DNA from: Alphaproteobacteria bacterium
GTDB lineage: Bacteria > Pseudomonadota > Alphaproteobacteria > Rs-D84
Length of the DNA: 64,000 nt
Direction: 5' to 3'
Assembly (NCBI GenBank): GCA_015062525.1
Contig: SUUM01000001.1
Location: forward strand, 44,796 to 108,795
A program made the position numbers and the translations under genes. Positions 52,651 through 63,428 of the stretch are shown here, in pieces. Numbering within the stretch: the stretch's first letter is position 1; each line of letters opens with the position of its first letter. The notes under the pieces were generated by a model that worked only from the letters and a program-made list of their open reading frames with translations, ran no database searches and was not told where the DNA came from.

Positions 52651-53066
52651 ATGTTCCCTTCCTTTTTCAACTTACTACAGTTATAGAAAAAAAAAGAAAA
52701 TATGTCCAGCACAAAAACAAAAAATCAAGTACAAAAATTAAAATATTTTTATTTGCAATCCTGTTTTCGAATCGCTATTGAATACACCAATCACAAAAAA
52801 CGACCAAAAACAATAAACGAAAGCAACCAAGAACCACAAAAAAAAGCAACAAAACCCCAAGGTCCCAAAACAAAATTACACATACATTCAATTATACATC
52901 CGAATCGATATTAAGTACACCGACCACAATAACAAAAATAAAAACCCAAGAATCAAAAACAAAAGAATCAAAAACAAAAGAACTAAAAAATAAAAAAGAC
53001 CGTGATAATTCCACGAACATATGTTCACACCGGAATCATCAACAGTCTTTTTTTATCTAACCGGTT

Positions 53067-54236
53067 TTACTGTGGCTGAACAAAAACTTGGTCTGGCAAT
53101 GACTGAGTCTGAGCTGCCGTACCATCAATAATTGTACCATCAACAGGTTTTGTTAAAATGGTCCATGCCAATTCACCATATTGACTGGTCAACACGCAAA
53201 CAACCCCTTCTCCCGAACAAAGTGTTGGCATAGCTGGAAACGTCGTATTGATTTTACCATCTGCATCAATTGTGATATTATTACCATTTTTATACGTCGT
53301 AGTGATTTCACCAGAATCAGGATCAATGTTAATAAAATCACCTGCCGTAAGTTTATTCTGCTTTCCACCCAACGCGGTGAACACAGCCTTGGTTGTTGGC
53401 GCTGTATCATTATGCGTACCCGTATCCGCATTAACTTCCTGATCGAAGTCCTTTCCCTCTGCGACAACCTTACCATCTGTTTGCGTTACCTTGTTAAAGA
53501 AACCTGTAGATTGTGTATACGTACCATCTTCAATATCCCCCTGTACATTAGTTGGAATAGCACTACGCACACCTTCAATCGCTTCATGCACAGCCTTGGT
53601 TGTTGGCGCTGTATTATTATGCGTACCCGTGGTCGCATTAACTTCCTGATCGAAATCCGTTGTCCCTGCGGTAACCGCACCACCAGTTTGTGTTACACTG
53701 CTGATAAAACCAATATTAGTTGAGACATCCTGCCCATCAGTAAATGCATTCTGCTTTGAAGTTGCATATCCTTCAAAGGTATCAACCAAAGCTTCTGTAA
53801 TACCAGAATTAACAGCCGCCATTTGATCATCATCTAACTTATCCTGCTTTTTATCCCACGCTTCATACACAGCCTTGGTTGTTGGCGCAGTATTTGTATG
53901 CGTACTCGTATCCAGACTAACCTCCGTATCAAACAATCTTTCCTCTGCAGAGACCTTACCATCTGTTTGCTTTACTTCGTAAAAGAAACCTTCATTTGTT
54001 GTATACGTACCATCTGCAATTTCCCCCTGTACACTAGTTGGAATAGCCCTCTTCACTTCATTAATAGCGCCAACCAAATCACTTTTAACTGTCGTGCCCA
54101 ATTCACTCAATTTACCAGCAATAGAGTCAACATACCCCTTGGACGCAACGGCAACCGGCGCAGCATTAGCCTCGGCAACCGCACCCATCAAGATTGCAGC
54201 CGCAAATCCCGAAAACATAATATTTTTTACTTTCAT
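53067..54236 (-). CDS. Secreted tail-fibre/adhesin-like repeat protein
   Basis: Start MKVKNIMF; VASKGYVD, KSDLVGAINE, three FDxEV...TAPTTKAV repeats. Confidence 0.75.
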   Translation of the reverse strand: MKVKNIMFSGFAAAILMGAVAEANAAPVAVASKGYVDSIAGKLSELGTTVKSDLVGAINEVKRAIPTSVQGEIADGTYTTNEGFFYEVKQTDGKVSAEERLFDTEVSLDTSTHTNTAPTTKAVYEAWDKKQDKLDDDQMAAVNSGITEALVDTFEGYATSKQNAFTDGQDVSTNIGFISSVTQTGGAVTAGTTDFDQEVNATTGTHNNTAPTTKAVHEAIEGVRSAIPTNVQGDIEDGTYTQSTGFFNKVTQTDGKVVAEGKDFDQEVNADTGTHNDTAPTTKAVFTALGGKQNKLTAGDFINIDPDSGEITTTYKNGNNITIDADGKINTTFPAMPTLCSGEGVVCVLTSQYGELAWTILTKPVDGTIIDGTAAQTQSLPDQVFVQPQ

Positions 54237-54411
54237 TTTTTTCCTTCCTTTCTTTCGTTTTGTTTTGTTTTGTTTTTCTGTATTACACAGGGTTATTCTA
54301 GATCTCTCCAACTTATTCTAAACTTTTCAATCTTCTCCTATTAATCCAACTTGTACAAATAATATCATATTTTCAAAATTCGCACAAGCACATTTTTTCA
54401 TTTTATTCAAA

Positions 54412-56532
54412 TTAATTTAACGACATTGTTGTACTGGGCACCACCGCATCCAGCGTTAAATCCAACGGTTTAAAATCCCCACCAATAATTTCAATTGGCG
54501 CATAACTGACGTTTCCGGCATTATCAAAATTAACCACATAACTGCCCTGAGTCGCCGCCGAACGCAACACACCATCCAAATCAAAATTTTCCAATGTTTC
54601 ACTAATGGCATTTAACTCATCGGTAACCGCCTTTTGCGTCATGGCACCGTCTTCGCTTTCCCCCGTTGTACCATATAATTTAGTCACACCTGCGGTTTGT
54701 GCATTACCCAAATCATATGTTGTACCCGTCGCGCTGATTACGCCACCTTCAATGGTGATGTTTTCACCCGCTTCATACGTTGTACCCGTCGCGCTGATTA
54801 CATTATTTTCAATTTTAATATTTTCACCCGCCGTATATGTCGTATCTGTATCCGTCGCACTGATTACGCCATTTTCAATCGTAACATTGTCACCGGCTGA
54901 ATACGTGGCACTGATTTCACCATTTTCAATTGCGATATTGTCACCAGCTGTATACGTTGTATCCGTCGCACTGATTACATTATTTTCAATTTTAATATTT
55001 TCACCCGCCGTATATGTCGTATCTGTATCCGTCGCGCTGATTACACCATTTTCAATTGTAACATTGTCACCGGCTGAATACGTCGTATCCGTCGCACTGA
55101 TTACACCATTTTCAATTGCGATATTGTCACCCGCCGTATATGTCGTATCTGTATCCGTCGCACTAATTACGCCATTTTCAATTGTAACATTGTCACCGGC
55201 TGTATACGTCGTATCCGTCGCACTGATTACGCCGCCTTCGGAAATACTAACATTTTCACCCGCCGTGTAATCTTTTATCATATCCTTGGTCGCAAACTTG
55301 GCGTCTGCCTCGGCCTTGGTATAATAATTTGTTAATTCAGCCTGACCTGCGTTAATCCTATCAATCGCATCCTGCAATTCAGATTTTGCATCCGCCAATT
55401 CCTGTTTTGTCGCCAGACCTTCAATCGCCACATCAATCTGGTTTTCAACATCACTTGATGTAACAAAGCCCTCGATTGCATTCTCTACAGCTTCCAATCT
55501 TGCCTGCAAATCCGTAATTGCTTGGCCCATTGCTGAATCCGCACCCTGCAAAGCCACAATTGCTTCGTTCAAGCCCGCAATCGCCGCATCAACATAGGCC
55601 TTATTAACATCCGGCTGTTCAATTGCCGCAATCGCATTCTGCAACGCCACATCCGCAGCTTCCAGATTTGACTTAATGGCATCCACATATTCCTTGTTAA
55701 CCAGCCCTTCGGTCGATGGGGTTGAATTTTTCAACTCATTAATCGCCGCCTGCAAGCCCGCATCCACCGCTTTTAATTCTTCAACCTTGGCATTCAAATC
55801 ATCGGCAGTAATCATACCACCCTGCAAAGCCTCAATCGCCGCATTCATGGACACATCAGCCGATTCCAACGCATCCACCGCGCTTTGCAATTCTGACAAA
55901 TCAGCAGATGTCAACAAACCATCTAAATCAGATTTTTTTGCATACTCGGACAAATCCGGAATAACAATCTCGTTAATTCTATCCTCTAAATCGCTCAGGC
56001 TTTCTTCGGACGCAAAATAATCATTCAAATCAATTTCTTCGGGCACACCATCCTGTACAATGGTCAAAATCCCATTTTCAAATTCAACTGTCGGATACTC
56101 GCCAGTCAATGAAGCAATTTCTTCCTTTAACCCTTCTACATCAACAACCAAATCATCCACAGTTTTTTTCAGGTCACTTATACTCGACTGTCCAGGATTA
56201 ATAGTACCAGACGAAGACCCCGCACCACCCGGCAGCGCAACACCACCCAGATACTTACCAATTGACAAACGTGGCGCCGCAGCAGTACGCGTAGATGACA
56301 CTTTCGACGACGCTGTCGATTTAGCAGCGGTCGTACGCAACGAGCCCGCACGCACAGACCCAACCGTTCCGGTCGTTGGCTTTGCCCCGGCCGTCGCCGC
56401 ACTAGAAGCACTAGAATAGGTCCCTGCCCCACCCAGCGAACGCACCGCAGACGCACCGAATGATGGCAACGCAATCACCGTGCCCAACACACAAATTATT
56501 GATAATGTTGAAATTTTTAATTCTGTTTTCAT
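54412..56532 (-). CDS. Large secreted coiled-coil protein with tandem YTAGDN.TIENGVISAT repeats
   Basis: 706 aa; about nine 17-21-aa repeats at 54720-55270; GVTKLY...MTQKAVT fibre-like motif. Confidence 0.8.
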   Translation of the reverse strand: MKTELKISTLSIICVLGTVIALPSFGASAVRSLGGAGTYSSASSAATAGAKPTTGTVGSVRAGSLRTTAAKSTASSKVSSTRTAAAPRLSIGKYLGGVALPGGAGSSSGTINPGQSSISDLKKTVDDLVVDVEGLKEEIASLTGEYPTVEFENGILTIVQDGVPEEIDLNDYFASEESLSDLEDRINEIVIPDLSEYAKKSDLDGLLTSADLSELQSAVDALESADVSMNAAIEALQGGMITADDLNAKVEELKAVDAGLQAAINELKNSTPSTEGLVNKEYVDAIKSNLEAADVALQNAIAAIEQPDVNKAYVDAAIAGLNEAIVALQGADSAMGQAITDLQARLEAVENAIEGFVTSSDVENQIDVAIEGLATKQELADAKSELQDAIDRINAGQAELTNYYTKAEADAKFATKDMIKDYTAGENVSISEGGVISATDTTYTAGDNVTIENGVISATDTDTTYTAGDNIAIENGVISATDTTYSAGDNVTIENGVISATDTDTTYTAGENIKIENNVISATDTTYTAGDNIAIENGEISATYSAGDNVTIENGVISATDTDTTYTAGENIKIENNVISATGTTYEAGENITIEGGVISATGTTYDLGNAQTAGVTKLYGTTGESEDGAMTQKAVTDELNAISETLENFDLDGVLRSAATQGSYVVNFDNAGNVSYAPIEIIGGDFKPLDLTLDAVVPSTTMSLN

Positions 56533-56612
56533 AAACCCTCAACTCCACTATTCTAAAGTTTATCACATTTTGCGAATCGGAACAACAACCTTTTTCCTAA
56601 AAAATCATTTTT

Positions 56613-57539
56613 TTAGAATTCATACCGCAATCCAACCGATACAGAATTATCTAAAATCAAACCAATCTCATTCTTAAAGTGGGTTCCCGAAACATCTACA
56701 CCACCAATATAGGTACCTTGTGCAAACACACGCTCTTGTTCTGTCCCATCAAACATCGCCAGGCGATAACGAAAATCCAGCACCAAATTATGCTCCAATT
56801 TATATGTCCACCCCGCCATTAACGCACCCATCAACGAAAGACTATATTTGCTACGTTCACCACCTACAAACATCATAGTATCCAGCACGGTTTTTGGCAA
56901 CGCCGCCCCCACACCTGCACCAATATACAAGCCATTTGCAAAATCACGATAAACATTGGCAATTAAATACGGTACCGTCAGCTCAAAATTATAACCTTGG
57001 TCGTTATCCTCAAAGCTCCCAATCAGCCCAGCCTCAAATTCTCCGCGCCAAAAATCACCAATTGTACGTCCAAGAAAAACACCGCCACCAAAAACAGCCT
57101 CTGCAAAACTTTCCTTATCATCATCAACACCAATATCTGGCTTTGTGCTGTATTCATTATCCCAACTCAACAAACTCAGACCTAAACGTCCCCCTACATA
57201 CCAACTCATTTCAGCCTGGCTTTTATCAGCCTTTGGCTCTGCACATGAACCACAACGACCTGAATTACACCCTGTTTTAACCTTATCGGCACAATTCTTT
57301 ATCGTCACACATGAACCACAACAACCTGAATTACACCCTGTTTTAACCTTATCGGCACAATTCTTTATCGTCACACATGAACCACAACAACCTGAATTAC
57401 ACCCTGTTTTAGCCTTGTCCGTATAATCATAGACAACCTTATAAGCACCATTTGAAGTACGATACAAATAACCAGGGGTCGCATTCGCCGCAGCTGTCAC
57501 CATCACACCCAAACACACTACAGACATTATTTTATTCAT
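56613..57539 (-). CDS. Outer-membrane beta-barrel protein (opacity/OmpA-like) with a Cys-rich tandem repeat
   Basis: WYVGG, RGEFE, YIGAGVG, LDFRYR, C-terminal GLRYEF. Confidence 0.8.
   Translation of the reverse strand: MNKIMSVVCLGVMVTAAANATPGYLYRTSNGAYKVVYDYTDKAKTGCNSGCCGSCVTIKNCADKVKTGCNSGCCGSCVTIKNCADKVKTGCNSGRCGSCAEPKADKSQAEMSWYVGGRLGLSLLSWDNEYSTKPDIGVDDDKESFAEAVFGGGVFLGRTIGDFWRGEFEAGLIGSFEDNDQGYNFELTVPYLIANVYRDFANGLYIGAGVGAALPKTVLDTMMFVGGERSKYSLSLMGALMAGWTYKLEHNLVLDFRYRLAMFDGTEQERVFAQGTYIGGVDVSGTHFKNEIGLILDNSVSVGLRYEF
57242..57417. repeat. In-frame 66-bp tandem repeat (about 2.7 units)
   Basis: Encodes KTGCNSGCCGSCVTIKNCADKV. Confidence 0.9.
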
Positions 57540-57672
57540 GATATTTATCCTCCACTTTTTCCCATAGTGTATCACAAAAGCTAACTTTTCCCAAACAAAA
57601 AAACAGTTATTGACATCATTCTGGGAAATCTGCTAATTTGCCTGGGCAGACAATACAAGAAAGGATTAAGAA

Positions 57673-58068
57673 ATGAAAAAATATTTCTTTATTTTTATGG
57701 CCGCATCCATTTCAGCATGTACACACGTTCCATCAACAATCGATGGGAACCAGGTTTTTTTCTCGTTTGATTCCGCTAAAATTTCCGACGAAGCGCGCGA
57801 CACACTGGAATCCCAGGCACTATATATGAAGAAACACCCAGATACCAACATCGTCATAGAAGGCCACTGTGACGAACGCGGTTCGACCGAATACAACCTG
57901 GCACTGGGCGCACAACGCGCAAACAATGCAGCACATGTCATTATACAAGACGGCATCGAACCAGAACGCATCAAAACGATATCCTATGGCAAGGAAAAAC
58001 CAATCTATACTGGCACCGGCGAAAAAGTTTGGTCTAAAAACCGAAATGCCACAACCCGTATAAAATAA
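57673..58068 (+). CDS. pal: Peptidoglycan-associated lipoprotein
   Basis: Lipobox ISAC; IEGHCDERGSTEYNLALGAQRA; ISYGKEKP. Confidence 0.92.
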   Translation: MKKYFFIFMAASISACTHVPSTIDGNQVFFSFDSAKISDEARDTLESQALYMKKHPDTNIVIEGHCDERGSTEYNLALGAQRANNAAHVIIQDGIEPERIKTISYGKEKPIYTGTGEKVWSKNRNATTRIK

Positions 58069-58131
58069 TAAAAATCCCGCCCAGCGGGATTTTTATTTGA
58101 CGATATATTTTTTTTCTATTATATTTTAAGC

Positions 58132-58929
58132 ATGGAAGAAAAGACAGCAATCTCGTTTGCAAATGTGGCGGCACGCTATGATGGGACGCCCGAAATATTA
58201 ACTGATGTTTCTTTTAATATCAGTAACGGTGCATTTTATTTTCTATCGGGCGCATCCGGCGCGGGCAAAACAACCTTGTTGCGCCTTATATATCAATTAC
58301 ACAAACCTTCACGCGGTCAAATCAAACTGTTCGGCCACATAACAAATGATATGACACGCGACGAAATCACACACATTCGCCAGAAAATGGCAATTGTATT
58401 TCAATCTTATTCGCTGTTATCTCACCTGTCGGTGTTTGATAATGTTGCCCTGCCCCTGCGCGTACGTGGCGTGGCCGAGGGCAAGATAAAAAAACTGGTG
58501 TCCAAGGTTTTGGATTGGGTTGGCCTGGGCAAGTATGCAGATGCGGCCCCTATGTCATTGTCCGGCGGGCAACAGCAACGTGTATCTGTCGCCCGCGCAA
58601 TTATTGTCCAGCCATCTATCCTGCTGGCGGACGAACCGACGGGAAACCTGGACGATGAAAACGCATCACGTCTAATGGAACTGTTTATCCAGATGAACAA
58701 AATGTTTGGCACAACCATCATCCTTGCAACACACAATAAAAAGTTAATGGAAACATACAAATTCCCGGTTATACACGTTGAAAACCAACGCGTCAGTTTT
58801 ACCGGCAAATCGGCACCTGTCACGCCACGCAAAACCGAAACAGAAACAAAACGCATATGGCGGGGGCCAAAACCACAAACTTATTTCACAGAACTGTCCA
58901 AACAATTTGACGATATCGGGAACGCATAA
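58132..58929 (+). CDS. ftsE: Cell division ATP-binding protein FtsE
   Basis: GASGAGKT, LSGGQQQR, LLADEPTGNLD; followed by an FtsX-like gene. Confidence 0.88.
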   Translation: MEEKTAISFANVAARYDGTPEILTDVSFNISNGAFYFLSGASGAGKTTLLRLIYQLHKPSRGQIKLFGHITNDMTRDEITHIRQKMAIVFQSYSLLSHLSVFDNVALPLRVRGVAEGKIKKLVSKVLDWVGLGKYADAAPMSLSGGQQQRVSVARAIIVQPSILLADEPTGNLDDENASRLMELFIQMNKMFGTTIILATHNKKLMETYKFPVIHVENQRVSFTGKSAPVTPRKTETETKRIWRGPKPQTYFTELSKQFDDIGNA

Positions 58930-58932
58930 AAG

Positions 58933-59769
58933 ATGAAGAAACCAACTGTATTTTCACTAGTCCGCGAACAATCTGTGTTTATGACTGCAATCATGTCGTT
59001 GTTGACATTTCTAGCTGTACTTGCCCTGGGAATCGCGCTGTCTATTGGGACGGGTGTTATGCGTTGGAATTCCCAATGGGAATTATTCGCCACGGTCCAG
59101 GTTGTAAATCCTGATTACATTGACAAGACAAAAAAAATCATTACCGATAACACAGATAAAATCAAAACACTAAATGAAATCAGCACCGAACAAATGACTG
59201 ATTTGATGTCACCTTGGATTTCTGGGGGCGGTGTGTTGAAAAACTATCTGCCAAAGATGTGGGAAATCGAATTCAAAAACGCAGACGACATGAAAATCAT
59301 TGGCGAACAAATTTCCAAAAACGCCCGTTTTTTAACACATGCATCCGCCCTTAAATCATCAACCGGCGCGGGATGGAAAATGATTCTGATGTCGTCCTTC
59401 ATATTGATTTTAACCCTGGGGGCAATTGGTATATGCATTTCATACATCGCGCGCAACACAGCAATGTTGCACCGTCGTGAATTAGAAATCTTGAACCAGA
59501 TTGGCGCATCAGACAACTTTGTCGCCCGCCAAATGCAAACGATTGTTGCAAAAATCAGCGCAACCGCCACCACAATTGGCTTCATTGTCGCTACGCCTGT
59601 ATTATTACTGATTATATCTACCGCACACAGCACGCGCGTTGGATTAATGGCGATGTTAGGACTGTCGGGCGCGGGCTGGTTCATATTATTCCTGTTACCG
59701 GTGGCGATTGTTATATTTTCAATTTGGACAACACGCCGCACCACAATTAAAATATTACAAAACACCTAA
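58933..59769 (+). CDS. ftsX: Cell division permease FtsX
   Basis: Four TM helices, HRRELEILNQIGASDNFV. Confidence 0.85.
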   Translation: MKKPTVFSLVREQSVFMTAIMSLLTFLAVLALGIALSIGTGVMRWNSQWELFATVQVVNPDYIDKTKKIITDNTDKIKTLNEISTEQMTDLMSPWISGGGVLKNYLPKMWEIEFKNADDMKIIGEQISKNARFLTHASALKSSTGAGWKMILMSSFILILTLGAIGICISYIARNTAMLHRRELEILNQIGASDNFVARQMQTIVAKISATATTIGFIVATPVLLLIISTAHSTRVGLMAMLGLSGAGWFILFLLPVAIVIFSIWTTRRTTIKILQNT

Positions 59770-59772
59770 CAC

Positions 59773-60285
59773 ATGCGAAAAATACTAACACCATCTTTTG
59801 TAATATTCGCCTGTTTTATTCTGGGTGGCATGATTTTCAAATCAGTTGCCCCAATCCAATGCGGAACAATCTATCCAAACGACAGCATTTTTGTCTTAAC
59901 CGGCGACGAACGCAGAATTCCATTTGCGATGCGCAAAATGCGTGAATTTCCAACGGCAGACCTTTACATTATCGGTGCCGGCGCCCAGGGCAAAATTGAT
60001 ATTGCGCGCCCCGTCATGATTGAATCCAGATCAAAATCCACATATCAAAATGCCCTTGCCATACGTGAAATCGCAATGGCACGCAACCTGAAACGCGTTG
60101 TCATAATTACAACCGAAGACCATATAAACCGCGCCACATACCTGATAAAAAATGAATTACCAATGGTAAACGTTGTCGCATGCCCCGCCACTTTAACCGG
60201 AATGCCCCCCACAAAAAGACTTGAAAGATGGGCAACAGAATATATAAAATACATCGCAACTATGTTCGGCATCAAAGAAAGTTAA
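59773..60285 (+). CDS. YdcF/DUF218 family protein
   Basis: FVLTGDERRI, SKSTYQNA, IITTEDHINRA, EYIKY. Confidence 0.85.
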   Translation: MRKILTPSFVIFACFILGGMIFKSVAPIQCGTIYPNDSIFVLTGDERRIPFAMRKMREFPTADLYIIGAGAQGKIDIARPVMIESRSKSTYQNALAIREIAMARNLKRVVIITTEDHINRATYLIKNELPMVNVVACPATLTGMPPTKRLERWATEYIKYIATMFGIKES

Positions 60286-60305
60286 TATAATCAAAAGGGA
60301 AAGCC

Positions 60306-61013
60306 ATGTTCAGAACAATATTATTCAAAATCATACTGGGGATTTATTTTACATTATGGGCGCCATTTTTGTTGTTGGGTTTAACATCCAGTAAATTGTC
60401 CCGCAAACTGGTAAATATAGACGCAGCGGGTGTTCTGGTGGTGGCACGCCTAATTGCAGGTATCAAGTACAAGGTACACTATCCATCTGAATCCGAAAAC
60501 GGTATTCCAAACCTGCCGAACGGCAACAAACGCCTGGACGGCAAATCAATTATCGCCGCCAAACACATGTCTATTTTAGAAATTGCCGTTATTTCCCAGG
60601 TCGTCCCCAACACATTTTTTATCCTAAAACGCGAATTGCTATGGATACCGATTTATGGCTGGGCTTTTTGGCGTGCGGGCATGATTGGCGTCAATCGCGC
60701 ACGCGGCAAAACAAATATGAAACAATTGGCAACCGCGGTTGAAAAACGTGTTTTAAACGGTTCCACCCTGGTTATATTCCCCGAAGGTACACGTGCAAAA
60801 CCCGGCGAACACATCCCATTAAAACGCGGTCTGTTGTTATTGGCACATACATTAAAACTGCCTATTTTACCAGTTGGCACGGACGCGGGACTATATTGGC
60901 CAAAGCACGGCCGTATGCACCCGGGCACAGCAAACGTATGGTTTGAACCATTATTACCATGCAACGCATCGCTGGAGGAAATATCTGATGCCATCAACCG
61001 CCACAGCGCATAA
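60306..61013 (+). CDS. plsC: 1-acyl-sn-glycerol-3-phosphate acyltransferase
   Basis: AKHMSILE, LKRELLWIP, IFPEGTR. Confidence 0.88.
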   Translation: MFRTILFKIILGIYFTLWAPFLLLGLTSSKLSRKLVNIDAAGVLVVARLIAGIKYKVHYPSESENGIPNLPNGNKRLDGKSIIAAKHMSILEIAVISQVVPNTFFILKRELLWIPIYGWAFWRAGMIGVNRARGKTNMKQLATAVEKRVLNGSTLVIFPEGTRAKPGEHIPLKRGLLLLAHTLKLPILPVGTDAGLYWPKHGRMHPGTANVWFEPLLPCNASLEEISDAINRHSA

Positions 61014-61043
61014 AAGATAAAAAAACGCCATTTCGGCGTTTTT

Positions 61044-61313
61044 TTATCTTTTTCTTTTATAATTTTCACACAAACATTTCATTCTAGTATCAAGTAACCG
61101 CTTTGCTGCTTCAGGACTATCACAATGCACTTCCTGTTTTTTTCCATTCTCGTCTATATAATTTCTTATAACCTTATCGTTAATAACTGGAAAAAAAGCA
61201 TACTCGGAATCATACACGAAATATTCAGTATATTTAATACCCAGTCTACACCCATTTTCACACCCTTTACATTTCCGAATAAAAACTGTTTTATAAAAAT
61301 CTTCAATTGGCAT
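61044..61313 (-). CDS. Small hypothetical protein with CxxCxxxC
   Basis: GGGGGTG SD then MPIEDF; AT-rich. Confidence 0.55.
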   Translation of the reverse strand: MPIEDFYKTVFIRKCKGCENGCRLGIKYTEYFVYDSEYAFFPVINDKVIRNYIDENGKKQEVHCDSPEAAKRLLDTRMKCLCENYKRKR

Positions 61314-61404
61314 TTCACCCCCCTTTTTAATTACTTCACGACGAAGAATAGCAAAAAAACAAACCAATCCAACAAAAAATCGACAAAGAAATTAATAGCA
61401 CAAC

Positions 61405-61815
61405 TTATTTGCACCACGGCGCACGTTTTCCGCCACTATACGGGCGCGCCAACCCAGAATCAATCATAACCCGCCCAACATCACGCCCATCGGGCAAAAT
61501 CACATTGGCATTTATTCGCCCCAAATATTTATCATCCTTGATGTTTTCCAGTTCTACAACCGTGCCACGCGGTATCAACACCCCAAGCAAATCACGTGCA
61601 TTTTGTGCCATAACCTTTTCCGCCATGCATTTACCATTCATTTCGGGTGTATCAACGTTAATCAAACGAACACGCACAGTAATTTCAACATCCGCATCCA
61701 ATTTAACACCCGCTGAAAAAGTATCCCCGTCAAAAATATAATCAACCACCGCCGGCACCGCATTTGCCACCCCAGACACAAACATACATATAATAAAAAT
61801 TAATAATTTCCTCAT
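61405..61815 (-). CDS. Secreted thermonuclease (SNase-like)
   Basis: DGDTF, VRLINVDTPE, DKYLGRI, GLARPY. Confidence 0.9.
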   Translation of the reverse strand: MRKLLIFIICMFVSGVANAVPAVVDYIFDGDTFSAGVKLDADVEITVRVRLINVDTPEMNGKCMAEKVMAQNARDLLGVLIPRGTVVELENIKDDKYLGRINANVILPDGRDVGRVMIDSGLARPYSGGKRAPWCK

Positions 61816-61878
61816 TATATACTCTTTGCTCATTGTTATTTGCTCTTTAATAAAATCCCGCCTGGCGGGATTTTATTT

Positions 61879-63195
61879 TTACGGCAACCGTGGCGACCAC
61901 GTTGGCTCCAGTCCATTTACCCCATCTGGCAATTCAATATCATAGATATTTTGTCCCGTTATATCCACGCTGCGAATATGACTAATACGTTCAATGCCGT
62001 CAATTGCCTTTTCCGTTTCATAGTACACTATGCGACGGGACCCCGGCGCCCAAGATGGTGCCTCCATAAACCAGCCACCCGCCAAAATCTTTTCATTACG
62101 ACCACGTGAATCCATAACCCCAACATAGAACGTATCATCAGCAATCTTGGTGAACGCAATAAACTGACCATCTGGCGACCACGCAGGCGTCGCATACCGC
62201 CCCGCCCCATACGTCAAACGTTCAACCGCCCCTGTTTCCAGGTCCAGCACATGAATTTGTTGACGTCCCGAACGATCGGAATTAAACGCTATTTTCTTGC
62301 CATCTGGCGAATAAGACGGACTGGTGTTAATTGAATTACCAAACGTCAACTGACGTAATTCTTTGGTTTCAATATTATATTCATATATATGTGTAATACC
62401 CTTTTTAACCAACGATATTGCCACCCGCGTGCCATCAGGCGAAAAACGTGGTGCAAAATTCATTCCGCCAAACTGTCCCAAACGACGCTGTTCCCCTGTA
62501 TCCAAATCCAAAGTCCAAACCATTGGGTCATCATTATAATAAGACAAGAACACAATCGACTGCATATTCGGCGAAAAATGTGGTGACATAACAAAACTGT
62601 CTGCATCCGACAAATACCGCATACCATATCCATCTTGATCCACAATCGCCATACGCTTTGTACGATCGTGCACAGGTCCAGTTTCGGCAATAAATACAAT
62701 CTGGGTATCAAAATATCCAATTTCACCGGTCAGGCGTTCATAAATCGCATCCGCCATAATATGTGCCAAACGTCGTACAGACCCGCGCGATGCAACCAAG
62801 GACTGCGCTTCTATCTGTTCACGCCCACTAACATCCCAGACAAAAAATTCCAATCTATATTGATTATCAGATTCCGCCGATAATTTTGCCTGAACCAAAA
62901 CCTGGGTTTTTATTGCCGCCCAGGACTGAAAATTCGGCATTTCATGCATTTTTACATACTCAGGAAATGCATCATGATTTACAATTCGAAACAACCCGGT
63001 ACGTTTCAGGTCCGCTTCCACAACCTCACGTATCATGGCTGCATCCTTGGAACGCACATCACCCAAGACATCAAATTTTTGCACAGCAATCGAAATAGGA
63101 TTTGCCGCCCCCGCAACAATATCAACCTTTAACTCGGCACGTGCAGGCAAAGCCAAAAACACACCCAAAGCAAACACAAGTAATTTTTTTAACAT
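61879..63195 (-). CDS. tolB: Tol-Pal beta-propeller protein TolB
   Basis: AHIMADAIYERLTGEIGYFDTQI; repeated P.(F/W/Y)SPDG. Confidence 0.95.
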   Translation of the reverse strand: MLKKLLVFALGVFLALPARAELKVDIVAGAANPISIAVQKFDVLGDVRSKDAAMIREVVEADLKRTGLFRIVNHDAFPEYVKMHEMPNFQSWAAIKTQVLVQAKLSAESDNQYRLEFFVWDVSGREQIEAQSLVASRGSVRRLAHIMADAIYERLTGEIGYFDTQIVFIAETGPVHDRTKRMAIVDQDGYGMRYLSDADSFVMSPHFSPNMQSIVFLSYYNDDPMVWTLDLDTGEQRRLGQFGGMNFAPRFSPDGTRVAISLVKKGITHIYEYNIETKELRQLTFGNSINTSPSYSPDGKKIAFNSDRSGRQQIHVLDLETGAVERLTYGAGRYATPAWSPDGQFIAFTKIADDTFYVGVMDSRGRNEKILAGGWFMEAPSWAPGSRRIVYYETEKAIDGIERISHIRSVDITGQNIYDIELPDGVNGLEPTWSPRLP

Positions 63196-63354
63196 ACAAA
63201 GACCTTCCTTAAAAAACATATACGTCAATTTTATATGCAGAATATTCAAAAATCAAACCCTATTTGCTAATTGCTCTGTGCGCATTGCGCGTTGATTTAC
63301 ACCCGCCCACACACCCCACAATACACCAGTAATCACAAGTGTAAATATATTTGT

Positions 63355-63383
63355 ATTGACAATTGTATTTACATTGGTATAGT
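63355..63383 (+). promoter_or_regulatory. Sigma70 promoter with a possible operator
   Basis: TTGACA...TATAGT; inverted repeat TGTAAATA...TATTTACA straddles the -35 box. Confidence 0.6.
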
Positions 63384-63428
63384 GCATTGTAATGACCGTG
63401 GTATTGCGGTCTGTATAGAGGATTGTCC

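Noticed and set aside
52690-52995. A-rich ORF 52702-52914 and 15-bp AAGAATCAAAAACAA duplication
   Set aside because: Low-complexity intergenic sequence with no coding or structural support.
54720-55270. CRISPR-like periodic repeats (also 51236-51375 and 57242-57417)
   Set aside because: These are in-frame coding tandem repeats without unique spacers; no cas genes are present.
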